Part shown: in pieces, positions 38,982-48,400 of the stretch | Numbering within the stretch: position 1 is the stretch's first letter | Layout: each line of letters opens with the position of its first letter | Origin: Candidatus Latescibacterota bacterium | GTDB taxonomy: Bacteria; Latescibacterota; UBA2968; GCA-2709665 | NCBI GenBank assembly: GCA_965222075.1 | Contig: OZ244937.1 | Coordinates: 1,120,001 to 1,184,000, forward strand | Reading direction: 5' to 3' | Length of the DNA stretch: 64,000 nt | Made by a program: the position numbers and the translations under genes | The notes under the pieces: generated by a model | Database searches by the model: none | Told to the model about the DNA's origin: nothing | What the model saw: only the letters and a program-made list of their open reading frames with translations

Positions 38982-41900
38982 GGGTCACCTCCTTGGTGAT
39001 ATCGGGTTGGATCTGCTCGCACCAGGCTCTGGCGTTTTGGAACATGGTGAGCCAGGGGGAGGCGTTGAGATCGCGCCTCCAGTTCTGGGGCATAAAGCCC
39101 CACTGCCATTTGAGGAAGGTCCGCTCGGGATGGGGCATCATGGCCAGGTGGCGGCCGTCCGGCGAGCAGAGGGCCGCGATGCCGTCGGGAGAACCGTTGG
39201 GGTTAAAGGGATAGATCCCGGTGATGCGGCCGTTGTCGTCCACATAGCGGATGGGGGCCAGGTTCCGGGCTTTCACTTTGTTCAGGATATCCTGGTCGGA
39301 GAAGAAGGCCCGTCCCTCTCCGTGGGCGACCCAGATGCCGAGGGTGGCGCCTTCCATGCCCTGCAGCATGACCGCCGGGCTTTTCCGGATCTGCACGGTG
39401 GTGAAGCGGGACTCGAAGCGGCCGGAAGTATTCTGGATGAAGCGGGGCTGCACCCTGTGGGCGATGCCCTGCCAGGGCACCCAGCCCAGGAGGGCCATGA
39501 GCTGGCAGCCGTTGCATACGCCCAGGCTGAAGGTATCGGGGCGGTTGTAGAAGTCCTGAAACTGCTTCCAGAGGGTGGGGTTGAAGCGGATGGCTCCGGC
39601 CCAGCCCTTGGCCGAGTCTAAGACATCCGCGTAGCTGAACCCGCCCACGAAGGCGACGCCCTGGAAGGCATCCAAGCCGATGGTTGCGGCCAGGAGGTCG
39701 GACATGGCAACGTCCCAGGGCTCAAACCCGGCCGCGTAAAAGGCCGAGGTCATCTCCCGGTCGCCGTTGCTGCCCTCTTCTCGAAGGATGGCGATGCGGG
39801 GTTTGTTTTTGGACGCCAGGCGGGTGGGGGGGGTCGGTTCGGGAGTGAAGGGGAGCGAGTATTGGGGACCGGTCCGTTTCCGGAGGCCGGTCCGCTCCTG
39901 GTCCACGCAGTCGGGGTTGGCCTGAAGGCGGTCGAGCCGGTAGCTGGTCTCTTCCCAGAGGTCTCTGAGGTCCTTAACGTTGGCTTCAAGGACGGGCTGG
40001 CCGTTCAGGCGGATGCGGACGGTTTTGTCCGCTGTTGCGGCGCCGATGGCCAGGCAGGGTACGTCTGCCCGCCGGAAGGCCTCTAAGACGCGGGGTTCGT
40101 TTTCTGGGCTGACTTCGAGGAGGAGGCCGAGTTCTTCGGCGAAGAGAACGGGGAAGGGGTCGCCTGCCTCGTCGGCAGACAGGTGTGTGTCTCCGGCCTG
40201 CCTGCAGCGCGGTGCGCCGCGCAGGCAGGCGTTGAGGTCGACTTCGACGCCGCAGTTCCCGGCAAAAGCCATCTCTAAGAGGGCCGTGATGAGGCCGCCG
40301 TCGCTGCGGTCGTGGCCGGCGGTGATGGCGTCTTCGGCAATGAGCGTCTGGACGGCGTTGAAGGCCCGCTTGAGGAGGTTCGGATCATCGACGTCGGGCG
40401 CGTCGTTCCCGATCTGTTCGAAGACCTGCGCCAGGGTGGAACCGCCCAGCCGGTGTTTCCCGCCGCCCAGGTCGATGTAGAGGATGCGGCCGCTGCCGGG
40501 GTGTTTGAGGTCGGGGGTGACGGTTCTGGTGATGTCGGGGCAGGTGACGTAGGCGGAGATGACGAGGGCGCCGGGGGCCTTGACGGTCTCTTCCCCGCCC
40601 GGTCCATCCGGAGCGATGGCGGCCATGGAGAGGCTGTCTTTGCCGCCGTCGATGGCGATGCCGAGCCGGATGAGAACCTCGCGCAGGGCCACGGCGGCGG
40701 TGTAGAGGGCGGCGCCTTCGCCGGGGAGTTTGGCGGCCCACATCCAGTTGCCGGAGCATTTGACGTCTTCCAGGGCGCTGACCTGCGCCCAGACGAGGTT
40801 GGTGAGGGCCTCGCCGACGCCCATGCGGGCCATGGCAGCGGGATTGACCAGGCCTACGATGGGCTGTTCGCCGATGGCGGTGGCCGCGCCGGTGAGGCCG
40901 AAGTGGCTCTGAGCGATCACAGCGACATCGGCGACGGTAAGCTGGAGGGGGCCTGCGCACTGCTGCTGCGCGATGAGGCCGGTGACGCTGCGGTCGACTT
41001 TGCTGGTGAGGAAGCGTTTGGAGCCGACGGAAAGGAGGCGGAGCACCCGCTCTAAGGCGGCCTTGAAACTGAGGCCTTCCGGGAGGGCGAGGGGTTGCAG
41101 CACCGTCGGAATGCGCTCGAGTTCAAAGGTCTTTTGCGGCATGTCGCCCAGCACCCTGTCCAGGTCGAGGTTGACCGGGGTGGAGTTGTCGTGTTCGTCG
41201 TAGAGGACGACTTTTCCGTCTCCGGTGACCCGGCCCACAAAGGCGACCGGGACCTTTTCCCGCTCGCACAGGGCCTTGAAGCGGTCGGCGCGTTCCGGAC
41301 GGAGGAGGAGGGCGTCCTGTTCCTGGTATTCGGCGCCCCAGATTTCCAGGACGGAGAGGGTGTTATCGCCTACGGGGATCGCCCTGACGTTGATGCGGGC
41401 GCCCTGGGGAGCGACGATTTCTTTGAGGACGTTGCAGTTGCCGCCGGCGCCCTGGTCGTGGATGCTGACGATGGGATTGCCATCCCCCAGTTCGATGCAG
41501 GCGCGGATGACCCGGTTGGCCTTCTGCTCCATCTCCGCGTCGCCACGCTGGACGGCGTTGAAGTCGAGTTCGGCGATGTTTTTACCCTGGACCATGCTGG
41601 AGGCGGCACCCCCGCCCATGCCGATGCGATAGGCCGGACCGCCGATTTTGGCCACCCACATCTCCTTTTGGGGGCTGCCCTTTTCCACGTGCCGGGCGTC
41701 GATTTGCCCGATGCCCCCGCTGAACATGATCGGTTTGATCCATTCTCTGCGCTCGCCGCCCGGCAGCCGCAGCCCAAAGGCGCGGGTGTAGCCCTGGATG
41801 ACCGGCTCTCCGAATTTGTTGCCGTAGTCGGAGGCGCCGTTGCTGGCCTCGATCTCGATCCGGAGGGGCGAGGCCAGGTTGTCCGGGTAGAGGAAGTCGG

Positions 41901-42978
41901 GGCTTTCCCAGGGGAGGTCGTAGCCGGGGATGCGGAGGTTGCCCACACAGTAGGCGGCGGTTCCGGCAACGACGAGGGCGCCCCTGCCGGCGGCGTGTAC
42001 GTCGCGGATGCGGCCGCCGGTGCCGGTTTCGGCGCCGGGGAAGGGGGCCACGCCGGAGGGGAAGTTGTGGGTTTCGGCGGTAAAGATGATGTGATAGTCC
42101 GGATTTGCTTCCGCAAAAGGAGAGGGTTCGCCCGGGCATGCCGGGACGATGGTTTTAATGGCGTAGCCCCGGATGGCGCTGGCGTTGTCTTTAAAGGCGC
42201 TGGCGCTGTTGTTCGGGTTCGCTTTGAGGGGCTCCTGGATGAGGGCAAAAAGGTGCTTGGGTACCTCCTGGCCGTCGATGACCAGCCGGCCCTTGAAGAA
42301 CCAGTGGCGGGAATGTTCGCTGTTGGACTGGGCGATGTCGAAGCATTCGACGCTGGTGGGGTTGCGGAGGATGGTGTCCAGGAAGAGGTCGGTGTAGTAG
42401 TTCAGGTCCCACTCGTCGAAGGCCAGCCCCATTTCCCGGTTGATCCGCTCAAGGGCCGCCCTGCCTTCCTGGATGAGGGGGACCTGGGTGACCGGTTCGG
42501 GTTCAAGGCCGGTTTCGAAGGTGGTGAGGGGTTCAGGGTAAGGGCACTCGGTCATGCGGTCGTGGACCAGGTCCAGAAATGCGGTCTGTTGTGCCCGGTT
42601 CAGGGCAGGCGCGATCAGGTAGCGCTTAGAACGCTCGATGCGGACGATGCAGTCCAGGCCGCAGGCGCGGCAGACGGAGACGGCGTTGGTGGACCAGGCG
42701 GTGGTGAAGTTCATCCGGGGGCCGACTTCGAGGAGGGCGCCCTCTGTCTTGAGGAAGGATTCCGGCCCGAACCGGTGGGGTTCAAAGGTTTCGCTCAGCA
42801 GCCAGGTGAGGACCTTCTCCTGTTCCGGGGTCAGCGCGCTCTGGGTCTGGATGTTGAAGCAGTATTCGGTTTCGATGCTGTGGATGTCGGCGGAGACGCG
42901 TTCCACCGCGTCCTGGAGGAGGGTGCGCTTCTGGACGGGGGAAAGCCCGGGCGTGCGGTAGAGATGGTGCAGGCTCAT
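38965..42978 (-). CDS. purL: Phosphoribosylformylglycinamidine synthase (large fused form)
   Basis: QSNSEHSRH, ETHNFP, HDQGAGG, GGKDSLSM, HDRSDGG, GGFSY.D, GVCNGCQ, MMPHPER. Confidence 0.97.
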   Translation of the reverse strand: MSLHHLYRTPGLSPVQKRTLLQDAVERVSADIHSIETEYCFNIQTQSALTPEQEKVLTWLLSETFEPHRFGPESFLKTEGALLEVGPRMNFTTAWSTNAVSVCRACGLDCIVRIERSKRYLIAPALNRAQQTAFLDLVHDRMTECPYPEPLTTFETGLEPEPVTQVPLIQEGRAALERINREMGLAFDEWDLNYYTDLFLDTILRNPTSVECFDIAQSNSEHSRHWFFKGRLVIDGQEVPKHLFALIQEPLKANPNNSASAFKDNASAIRGYAIKTIVPACPGEPSPFAEANPDYHIIFTAETHNFPSGVAPFPGAETGTGGRIRDVHAAGRGALVVAGTAAYCVGNLRIPGYDLPWESPDFLYPDNLASPLRIEIEASNGASDYGNKFGEPVIQGYTRAFGLRLPGGERREWIKPIMFSGGIGQIDARHVEKGSPQKEMWVAKIGGPAYRIGMGGGAASSMVQGKNIAELDFNAVQRGDAEMEQKANRVIRACIELGDGNPIVSIHDQGAGGNCNVLKEIVAPQGARINVRAIPVGDNTLSVLEIWGAEYQEQDALLLRPERADRFKALCEREKVPVAFVGRVTGDGKVVLYDEHDNSTPVNLDLDRVLGDMPQKTFELERIPTVLQPLALPEGLSFKAALERVLRLLSVGSKRFLTSKVDRSVTGLIAQQQCAGPLQLTVADVAVIAQSHFGLTGAATAIGEQPIVGLVNPAAMARMGVGEALTNLVWAQVSALEDVKCSGNWMWAAKLPGEGAALYTAAVALREVLIRLGIAIDGGKDSLSMAAIAPDGPGGEETVKAPGALVISAYVTCPDITRTVTPDLKHPGSGRILYIDLGGGKHRLGGSTLAQVFEQIGNDAPDVDDPNLLKRAFNAVQTLIAEDAITAGHDRSDGGLITALLEMAFAGNCGVEVDLNACLRGAPRCRQAGDTHLSADEAGDPFPVLFAEELGLLLEVSPENEPRVLEAFRRADVPCLAIGAATADKTVRIRLNGQPVLEANVKDLRDLWEETSYRLDRLQANPDCVDQERTGLRKRTGPQYSLPFTPEPTPPTRLASKNKPRIAILREEGSNGDREMTSAFYAAGFEPWDVAMSDLLAATIGLDAFQGVAFVGGFSYADVLDSAKGWAGAIRFNPTLWKQFQDFYNRPDTFSLGVCNGCQLMALLGWVPWQGIAHRVQPRFIQNTSGRFESRFTTVQIRKSPAVMLQGMEGATLGIWVAHGEGRAFFSDQDILNKVKARNLAPIRYVDDNGRITGIYPFNPNGSPDGIAALCSPDGRHLAMMPHPERTFLKWQWGFMPQNWRRDLNASPWLTMFQNARAWCEQIQPDITKEVTRGKTG
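40163..40229. repeat. Two palindromic elements (21 bp and 33 bp) inserted in frame within purL
   Basis: cctgcctcgtcggcagacagg (40163-40183) and cctgcctgcagcgcggtgcgccgcgcaggcagg (40197-40229); the latter is the exact reverse complement of 35662-35694. Confidence 0.9.
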
Positions 42979-43115
42979 GGGACCTCGGTTTGGCCAGGCG
43001 GAGGTTTTCTGTAGACGACTCCCGACGCGCGATACCAGAATATGGATGGGGTATGGTTCGATGTCAACCGTTTTCGTAACGGCAATAAAGCGAATTCACC
43101 TGAAATACTCCGGGA

Positions 43116-45248
43116 TTACCCGACCGTGGTGATCTGTCGGGGGTGCCCCTCAACCGTGACGTGCAGCCGCACGCGATTGTCGGGCAACCGCTCGATGCGG
43201 TCAATCCAGGTGTTTTCAGGGGGTGTTTTTCCTTCAAAGGGCACGAACAGGGCGGCAAAGCCGCGTGAGGCCGTTTTCGGGTCCGCCTGATAGTGCAAAA
43301 GCCGGGTGGGTATGCCCGGTCCGCCGTAGGACAGCCATTTTTGCGCCTTCTCAGACGAGAGGCGCCAGTTTTTTTGTCCGAGGCATACGGAGAGATTGGT
43401 CCTGCCGGGCAGGCTGGTGTGTACGGCCCCACCGTCCTGGGAGATGCTGAGATCCTCCGTGGTAAAGTGGAAGTTTTCCCAGATCCGGCGGTTTTGAGGC
43501 AGGTCCTCAAATTCGTCCCAGACGATCCAGCAGCGCTGGTCGAGGAAAAGAACGTGTCGGCGTACGGTGATCGGGGGGATACCCTCCTCAACCGGGATCT
43601 GAATCTGTCCGATCGCGTAGTCCAGGTCCTGTTTGGTCTGCCAGTGCAGGATTTCCGGGTGCGGATCGTTCGGCAAGGGCTCTGCGCCGAGGGTGGGGCA
43701 GTTGTGCCACCAGCTTTGCCTGGCGATCTCCCGCTCGCCGGTGTAGTAATGGCCCACGCCGGGGTCGATGAGGACGTGCTCGCCGCCTGCCCAGATCTGG
43801 ATGGAGAGGGTGTCCGGATGGTGGTGGCCCCCATCCGGGCTGACGTTGAAGATGAGGTAGCGGGCGTTCCTGGACCAGCCGGAGCGCATGGCCACAAGCC
43901 GGGCGTCTGGCAGCAGGGACGAGCGCGTGTGCGGTTGGGTGCCTTCCCGGCCGTCTGTGGCCAGGTAGCGCCAGTCGTTGCGTTGAAAGGCGTCCGCTGC
44001 AAGACGCAGGAGACCGCGGGTCTCGACTGCGACCGTCCAGTCGTCGTTGATTCCGGGCGTGGAACGGATCGGGGTGGAGACCTGGACGAAGGCATTTACG
44101 GCGCGCCGGACCAGGGAGAGGAATCGGTCGGGCAGTTCATCCGCCCGTTTCCGGGCCAGGCAGATCATGGACATGGGGCGTCTGACGAAGGTCAGGTGGT
44201 AGGAGATCGACCGGTGGAGGTGGCAGCCGTCGTCAAGCAGCTCCCGCTGCATGCCCTCAAGCAGGTGGGGCCACATGCGGTGCAGCCAGGCGTCGCGCTC
44301 TTTGAGTTCGGGGAGCAGGGATGCCGTCAGGTAAAGTGCTTTGCCGGTTGCGCTGAGGAGGTTGTCTTTGTAGGCGGCTCGATCCAATTCGTGGAGACGC
44401 CGGGTGTGCGCCCGGATGGCCCTCAGGATGATCCCATGGAAGCGAGGGGAGAACCCGGGGCTGTCTGCCATCGCAAGGTAGCCCAGCACGAGGAATTTCA
44501 GCCGATTGGCAACATAACCGTAATGCGACCAGGCCACGTTGGAGGGGGTGTCGCAGACGTTGCCCGGCCCAAAGTCGTTGTGGCCTTCCGGCAGGCGCGG
44601 GCACTGGGCAATGAGCGCAAGGACCATCCCTGCCCATGCCCGGGCCCATCTGGGGTCGGGCCGGTGAAAATAGGCCAGGGCAGGATACATAAAGAGATAG
44701 GCGCTCTGGTGGGCGTTCTGGAAGACCCTGTCCCGGGGATGCTGAATCAACCAGTTGTAATCCGAATCCGGGTCCCTCCAAACGGGTTCCAGGGCCAGGA
44801 GCCTGATGTGCCCCTGAAGCAGCATTTCAGCGCGTTCAGATTGATAGGTACCATCCTGATCGTACAGCTCCCAGTCGTCCGTTTCAAACAGGAGTATTCG
44901 GAAATCGGTGTTGTGGAGGTGGGGCGCCAGGCGGTCCTGCCTGGCAATATATGACGCCCAGGCATCCTGAGCGGCCTTGCCACCCGCTTCGAAGCGGGTT
45001 TTCAGCGGCCGAAGGCCGGGGGCGTCCAGGTCGAGGAGAGCGTCCCAGTTCCGTTCACTGCCAGGCAGGAGGTCCCGCCAGTACCCGACCCGCTCCCGCC
45101 AGCGCATCTGCACCTCATCCGAGGCCCAGTCCTTTTCCCGATCGATCAGAAACCTGGCCCTTTGAAAGGGCGTTTTAAGCCCCAATTCCTTCAAAATGGG
45201 CTCCAGGCCGTCCAGTTCGGCACGAACCGCCTCCGCCGTCCAGTTCAT
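43116..45248 (-). CDS. Heparinase II/III-like polysaccharide lyase family protein
   Basis: LLDDG.H...S.SYH, MRSGW, GGHHHPDTLSI.I, LIDPG...Y, HN motifs. Confidence 0.75.
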   Translation of the reverse strand: MNWTAEAVRAELDGLEPILKELGLKTPFQRARFLIDREKDWASDEVQMRWRERVGYWRDLLPGSERNWDALLDLDAPGLRPLKTRFEAGGKAAQDAWASYIARQDRLAPHLHNTDFRILLFETDDWELYDQDGTYQSERAEMLLQGHIRLLALEPVWRDPDSDYNWLIQHPRDRVFQNAHQSAYLFMYPALAYFHRPDPRWARAWAGMVLALIAQCPRLPEGHNDFGPGNVCDTPSNVAWSHYGYVANRLKFLVLGYLAMADSPGFSPRFHGIILRAIRAHTRRLHELDRAAYKDNLLSATGKALYLTASLLPELKERDAWLHRMWPHLLEGMQRELLDDGCHLHRSISYHLTFVRRPMSMICLARKRADELPDRFLSLVRRAVNAFVQVSTPIRSTPGINDDWTVAVETRGLLRLAADAFQRNDWRYLATDGREGTQPHTRSSLLPDARLVAMRSGWSRNARYLIFNVSPDGGHHHPDTLSIQIWAGGEHVLIDPGVGHYYTGEREIARQSWWHNCPTLGAEPLPNDPHPEILHWQTKQDLDYAIGQIQIPVEEGIPPITVRRHVLFLDQRCWIVWDEFEDLPQNRRIWENFHFTTEDLSISQDGGAVHTSLPGRTNLSVCLGQKNWRLSSEKAQKWLSYGGPGIPTRLLHYQADPKTASRGFAALFVPFEGKTPPENTWIDRIERLPDNRVRLHVTVEGHPRQITTVG

Positions 45249-45272
45249 CTGTTTGCTCCTTTTTTTGTAAGG

Positions 45273-45473
45273 TTAAGACACATCACCGTCGGGGTCTCCA
45301 TATTCCAGGGGAGCGTCGTCTTCGGGATACTCAAAAACCCATCCACAAGGGCATATCGGACCGTCACCCTCCCGCTTTTGGCCGCACTCCGGACACTTTT
45401 CGACCGATTGGAAGAGAACCCTGGACACCAGGACGATGAGGAGCGCACCGACAATGAGGAGCGTATAGAGCAT
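45273..45473 (-). CDS. Small membrane-anchored zinc-ribbon protein
   Basis: N-terminal TM, CPECG...CPCG. Confidence 0.55.
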   Translation of the reverse strand: MLYTLLIVGALLIVLVSRVLFQSVEKCPECGQKREGDGPICPCGWVFEYPEDDAPLEYGDPDGDVS

Positions 45474-45549
45474 CGGTCAAATTTTCTATCCCGAAAAGCC
45501 AACAGGCGGGGCAGGTGCCCCGCCTGTTCTTTTCCCACCCTATGCATGC

Positions 45550-45753
45550 TTAAGATGCTGCCCCGTTCTGAACCTCTGAGCCTTCGTGAACCTGGGTAGG
45601 GGGCAGTGCTTCATTGTGGATCGCCTCTCTTGCATCGCCCATAAAACAGGCAATCCGATCCTGAAGCGTTTGCGCCTCCTGTACAAACTGGTCCAGTGCC
45701 TCGACCAGGTCGTCAAAGTCGAGGTTGGGGGTAGAATCGGTGCGATACGCCAT
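45550..45753 (-). CDS. Small hypothetical acidic protein
   Basis: MAYRTDSTPNLDFDDLVEAL...; gggag SD. Confidence 0.5.
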   Translation of the reverse strand: MAYRTDSTPNLDFDDLVEALDQFVQEAQTLQDRIACFMGDAREAIHNEALPPTQVHEGSEVQNGAAS

Positions 45754-45921
45754 GATCGCTACTCCCTTCTGTTTTGGGGGAGACAAGGAGGAGAGGAGAG
45801 TTGATATACAAACCTGTGCCAGACGGAGACTTGCCACACCGAAAACAAAATATAGGACAAGCCGGAGAGAGGGTCAAGGGAGAAAAGAGGATGTTGAATA
45901 TACTGAACGAATGATCAGTAG

Positions 45922-46121
45922 TCAAGAGAAATTTTGTGGCGGCCGAGCTAACGTCCAGGATTTCACCAGAAGTTCCCGGATCTCGCTCTGGGTGGGCAGG
46001 GAGGGCTGGGCGCCCTGGCGAGTGACGGTGAGAGCGCCGGCACAATTGGCAAATGCAACGGCTTCTTCCAGGGGGGTACTCAGGGCACAGGCAAGGGCCC
46101 CGTTGAAAGCGTCTCCTGCGC
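45922..46121 (-). pseudogene. C-terminal fragment of PfkB/ribokinase
   Basis: AGDAFNGALACAL...EEAVAFANCAGALTVTRQGAQPSLP (PfkB signature 2) with no N-terminal part. Confidence 0.75.
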
Positions 46122-46137
46122 TCTGCGGGTTATTCTC

Positions 46138-46270
46138 TTGACTTGCTGGAGGTGTTTGCCTATTATGGATACAAGAGGTCCTGAAATCCGGATGTCAGGC
46201 CGTTTGGGGGGGGGGTAGAGCGTTGGGGGGAGGGGAAGAACCGGACTCCCTCCGGTTGCCTTTTTATTTT
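46138..46270 (+). promoter_or_regulatory. Promoter TTGACT-17-TATTAT followed ~70 nt later by terminator-like hairpin
   Basis: -35 at 46138, -10 at 46161; aaccgg-actccct-ccggtt + T-rich run at 46239-46270. Confidence 0.45.
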
Positions 46271-46384
46271 GTGGGACAGCGGAACATTTCGGCTTTCGTA
46301 TCGTTAAAAAGAGACGGGCATTCGGCGATTTGCAAGATTTGGACAGGGCCTTGACCTTGTGATTATGACGGAATATGAGAGGGC

Positions 46385-47209
46385 ATGTTAAACCATAAGC
46401 TGGCGATTCTGTGGGGGCTCTGCCTGGTTGGGGTTTTGGGGTGCGGGCATGATAAGTACAGGCACCCGAGCGCAGAGCGCTATTACGAAGCAGGTAACAA
46501 GGCGTTGCTCAAGAGGAAATGCTGGCAGGCGCAACAGCTGTTTCAGAATCTGCTGTCGGATTTCCCCGGGTCCCATCTGGTAGACGATGCCCAGTACAGT
46601 CTGGGGCAGGCCTATTTTTGTTCTAAAGACTATGTGACGGCCATTTTTGAATACGAGCGATTGATCAATGAGTTTCCCACCAGCCCCTTTGTAGACGAAG
46701 CCCGCTACCAGATCGGGATCTGTTATTACAGGCAATCTCGAGGGATTCACCACGACCAGGATGACACGTGGAAGGCCATCAGGGAATTCAGGCGGTTTGC
46801 CGAGGATTTTCCAAACAGCGAACGGGTTTCAGACGCCGAAGAGCGGATCCAGGAGCTGCGCAATAAGCTGGCGGCCAAAAAGCTGATGGTTGCCAAAAGC
46901 TACCTGAAGTGGGAGAACCTGCCTTCGGTTGTACGCTATTGCGAAATTATCCTGAACGAGTTCGAGGATACGGATGTTGTGAATCGAGCGCGTTTTGTAC
47001 TCGCCCGGACACAGCACCGGATGGAAGCACCGGATAAGGCCGTAGAGGGTTTGAGGCTTCTGCTTGCGAGTGATATTCCGGACGATTTCAGACAAGAGGT
47101 TGAGGAAGAGATGGAGAAGGCGCTGGCATCGATTGCCAAACAGCAATCGGTTCGTCCGGCATCGACAGAAGCGCAGGAACCCGAACAAGGCCCGGTGGAT
47201 GGCAAGTGA
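46385..47209 (+). CDS. bamD: Outer-membrane assembly lipoprotein BamD
   Basis: Lipobox VLGC, TPRs, FP.S...DA, DQDDT..AI.EF..F...FPNS. Confidence 0.85.
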   Translation: MLNHKLAILWGLCLVGVLGCGHDKYRHPSAERYYEAGNKALLKRKCWQAQQLFQNLLSDFPGSHLVDDAQYSLGQAYFCSKDYVTAIFEYERLINEFPTSPFVDEARYQIGICYYRQSRGIHHDQDDTWKAIREFRRFAEDFPNSERVSDAEERIQELRNKLAAKKLMVAKSYLKWENLPSVVRYCEIILNEFEDTDVVNRARFVLARTQHRMEAPDKAVEGLRLLLASDIPDDFRQEVEEEMEKALASIAKQQSVRPASTEAQEPEQGPVDGK

Positions 47210-47215
47210 GGGCGC

Positions 47216-47803
47216 ATGGGGCGCAGGATCGGTATTTTGGGGGGGACGTTCGATCCGGTTCACACGGGACACCTGATCATCGGACAGGAGGTTCTGCGCC
47301 GTCTGGGGCTGGAGCGGATGTTCTTTATGCCTTCCGCAGAGCCGCCGCACAAGCGGTATCCTGAGATGGCGCCCGTAGAAGCGCGTGCAGAGATGGTGGG
47401 GCTGGCCGTCGTGGATAATCCCACGTTTGCGTTGTCGCGGATTGAACTTGAGCGCCCGGGAACGTCTTATACGGTGGAGACCCTGAGGCGGTTGCGCCAG
47501 AGGCTGGGCGCGGGCGTGGATCTCTACCTGGTGCTTGGGGCAGATAATGCCGTGGAGATGCCCACGTGGTGCGATCCGGAAGGGGTGCTTGGGCTGGCGC
47601 AGGTTACGGTGGTGGATCGCCCTGAATTTGACCGGCGTCGAATCGCCCCTCAACTGGCCAGGCATATGACGTTCTTAGAGACGCCCCTCCTGGAAATCTC
47701 TTCTACGGATATTCGGGCCCGTGTGAAGGCCGGCCAACCCATTCGTTATCTGGTGCCGGAGCAGGTGGCCCGCTTTATCGAAACGCATGGACTTTATCGC
47801 TAA
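47216..47803 (+). CDS. nadD: Nicotinate-nucleotide adenylyltransferase
   Basis: GGTFDPVHTGH, PPHK, SYTVETL, ISSTDIR. Confidence 0.95.
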   Translation: MGRRIGILGGTFDPVHTGHLIIGQEVLRRLGLERMFFMPSAEPPHKRYPEMAPVEARAEMVGLAVVDNPTFALSRIELERPGTSYTVETLRRLRQRLGAGVDLYLVLGADNAVEMPTWCDPEGVLGLAQVTVVDRPEFDRRRIAPQLARHMTFLETPLLEISSTDIRARVKAGQPIRYLVPEQVARFIETHGLYR

Positions 47804-47812
47804 GAAGATCCT

Positions 47813-48079
47813 ATGGCTGAAGAGCGAAATGGGCAACCGGGTGGAACGGCCCAGTTAGGCGGAACGCCTGAGGGGCGTATTCAGCGCTATTTCTGTATCG
47901 ACGATGAGGAGTGCCGGGCGTTTTCCAGGGTGTCGAAAGAGGCCCGGGTGCTGCGGCGTATTCCCAAGCAGGTTTGGGTGATGGGCAAAGAGGTAAACGG
48001 TTGGATTGTGGAGATCATGGTGCCCGCAACAGATGGGGTTGTTCGGTTCTATCCCAGGGCGAAAGCTGAAAAGGACTGA
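47813..48079 (+). CDS. Hypothetical protein
   Basis: 88-aa ORF directly after nadD, followed by terminators. Confidence 0.55.
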   Translation: MAEERNGQPGGTAQLGGTPEGRIQRYFCIDDEECRAFSRVSKEARVLRRIPKQVWVMGKEVNGWIVEIMVPATDGVVRFYPRAKAEKD

Positions 48080-48100
48080 GCCAGGAGAACCCCACAGAAG

Positions 48101-48187
48101 CGTCTGGGCCGCTGCAGGTGTGACTGCAGCGGGTTTTTTTTGCCCCAGACGAGCTCTGACCAGAAAGTGGTCAGGGCCTTTTTTTAT
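48101..48187 (+). terminator. Two tandem terminator hairpins
   Basis: ccgctgcag/ctgcagcgg + T run, and ctctgacca/tggtcaggg + T run. Confidence 0.65.
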
Positions 48188-48400
48188 TCCGGCATTGAGC
48201 GGCCGGAGGCCTTCTGAATCTGAAATGGGTGTTCAGGTTCACAGGGGCGATTTGCAAACCCTTTTCAACTTTCCGGCCTCTGTGGAATTTTCTGGAATAT
48301 TCGTAAGGAGCTTAGAAATTTATAGTTGTGACAAATTGAACGGGGGTGGCACGGGGCTTGCAAGGCGACTCAGAATCAACCACCCGACCGGAGAGACGAC

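Noticed and set aside
41095-43014. 639-aa + strand ORF and other long antisense ORFs
   Set aside because: Shadow frames opposite purL and other clear genes, expected in GC-rich DNA
43293-44954. 553-aa + strand ORF
   Set aside because: Antisense shadow of the heparinase-like gene
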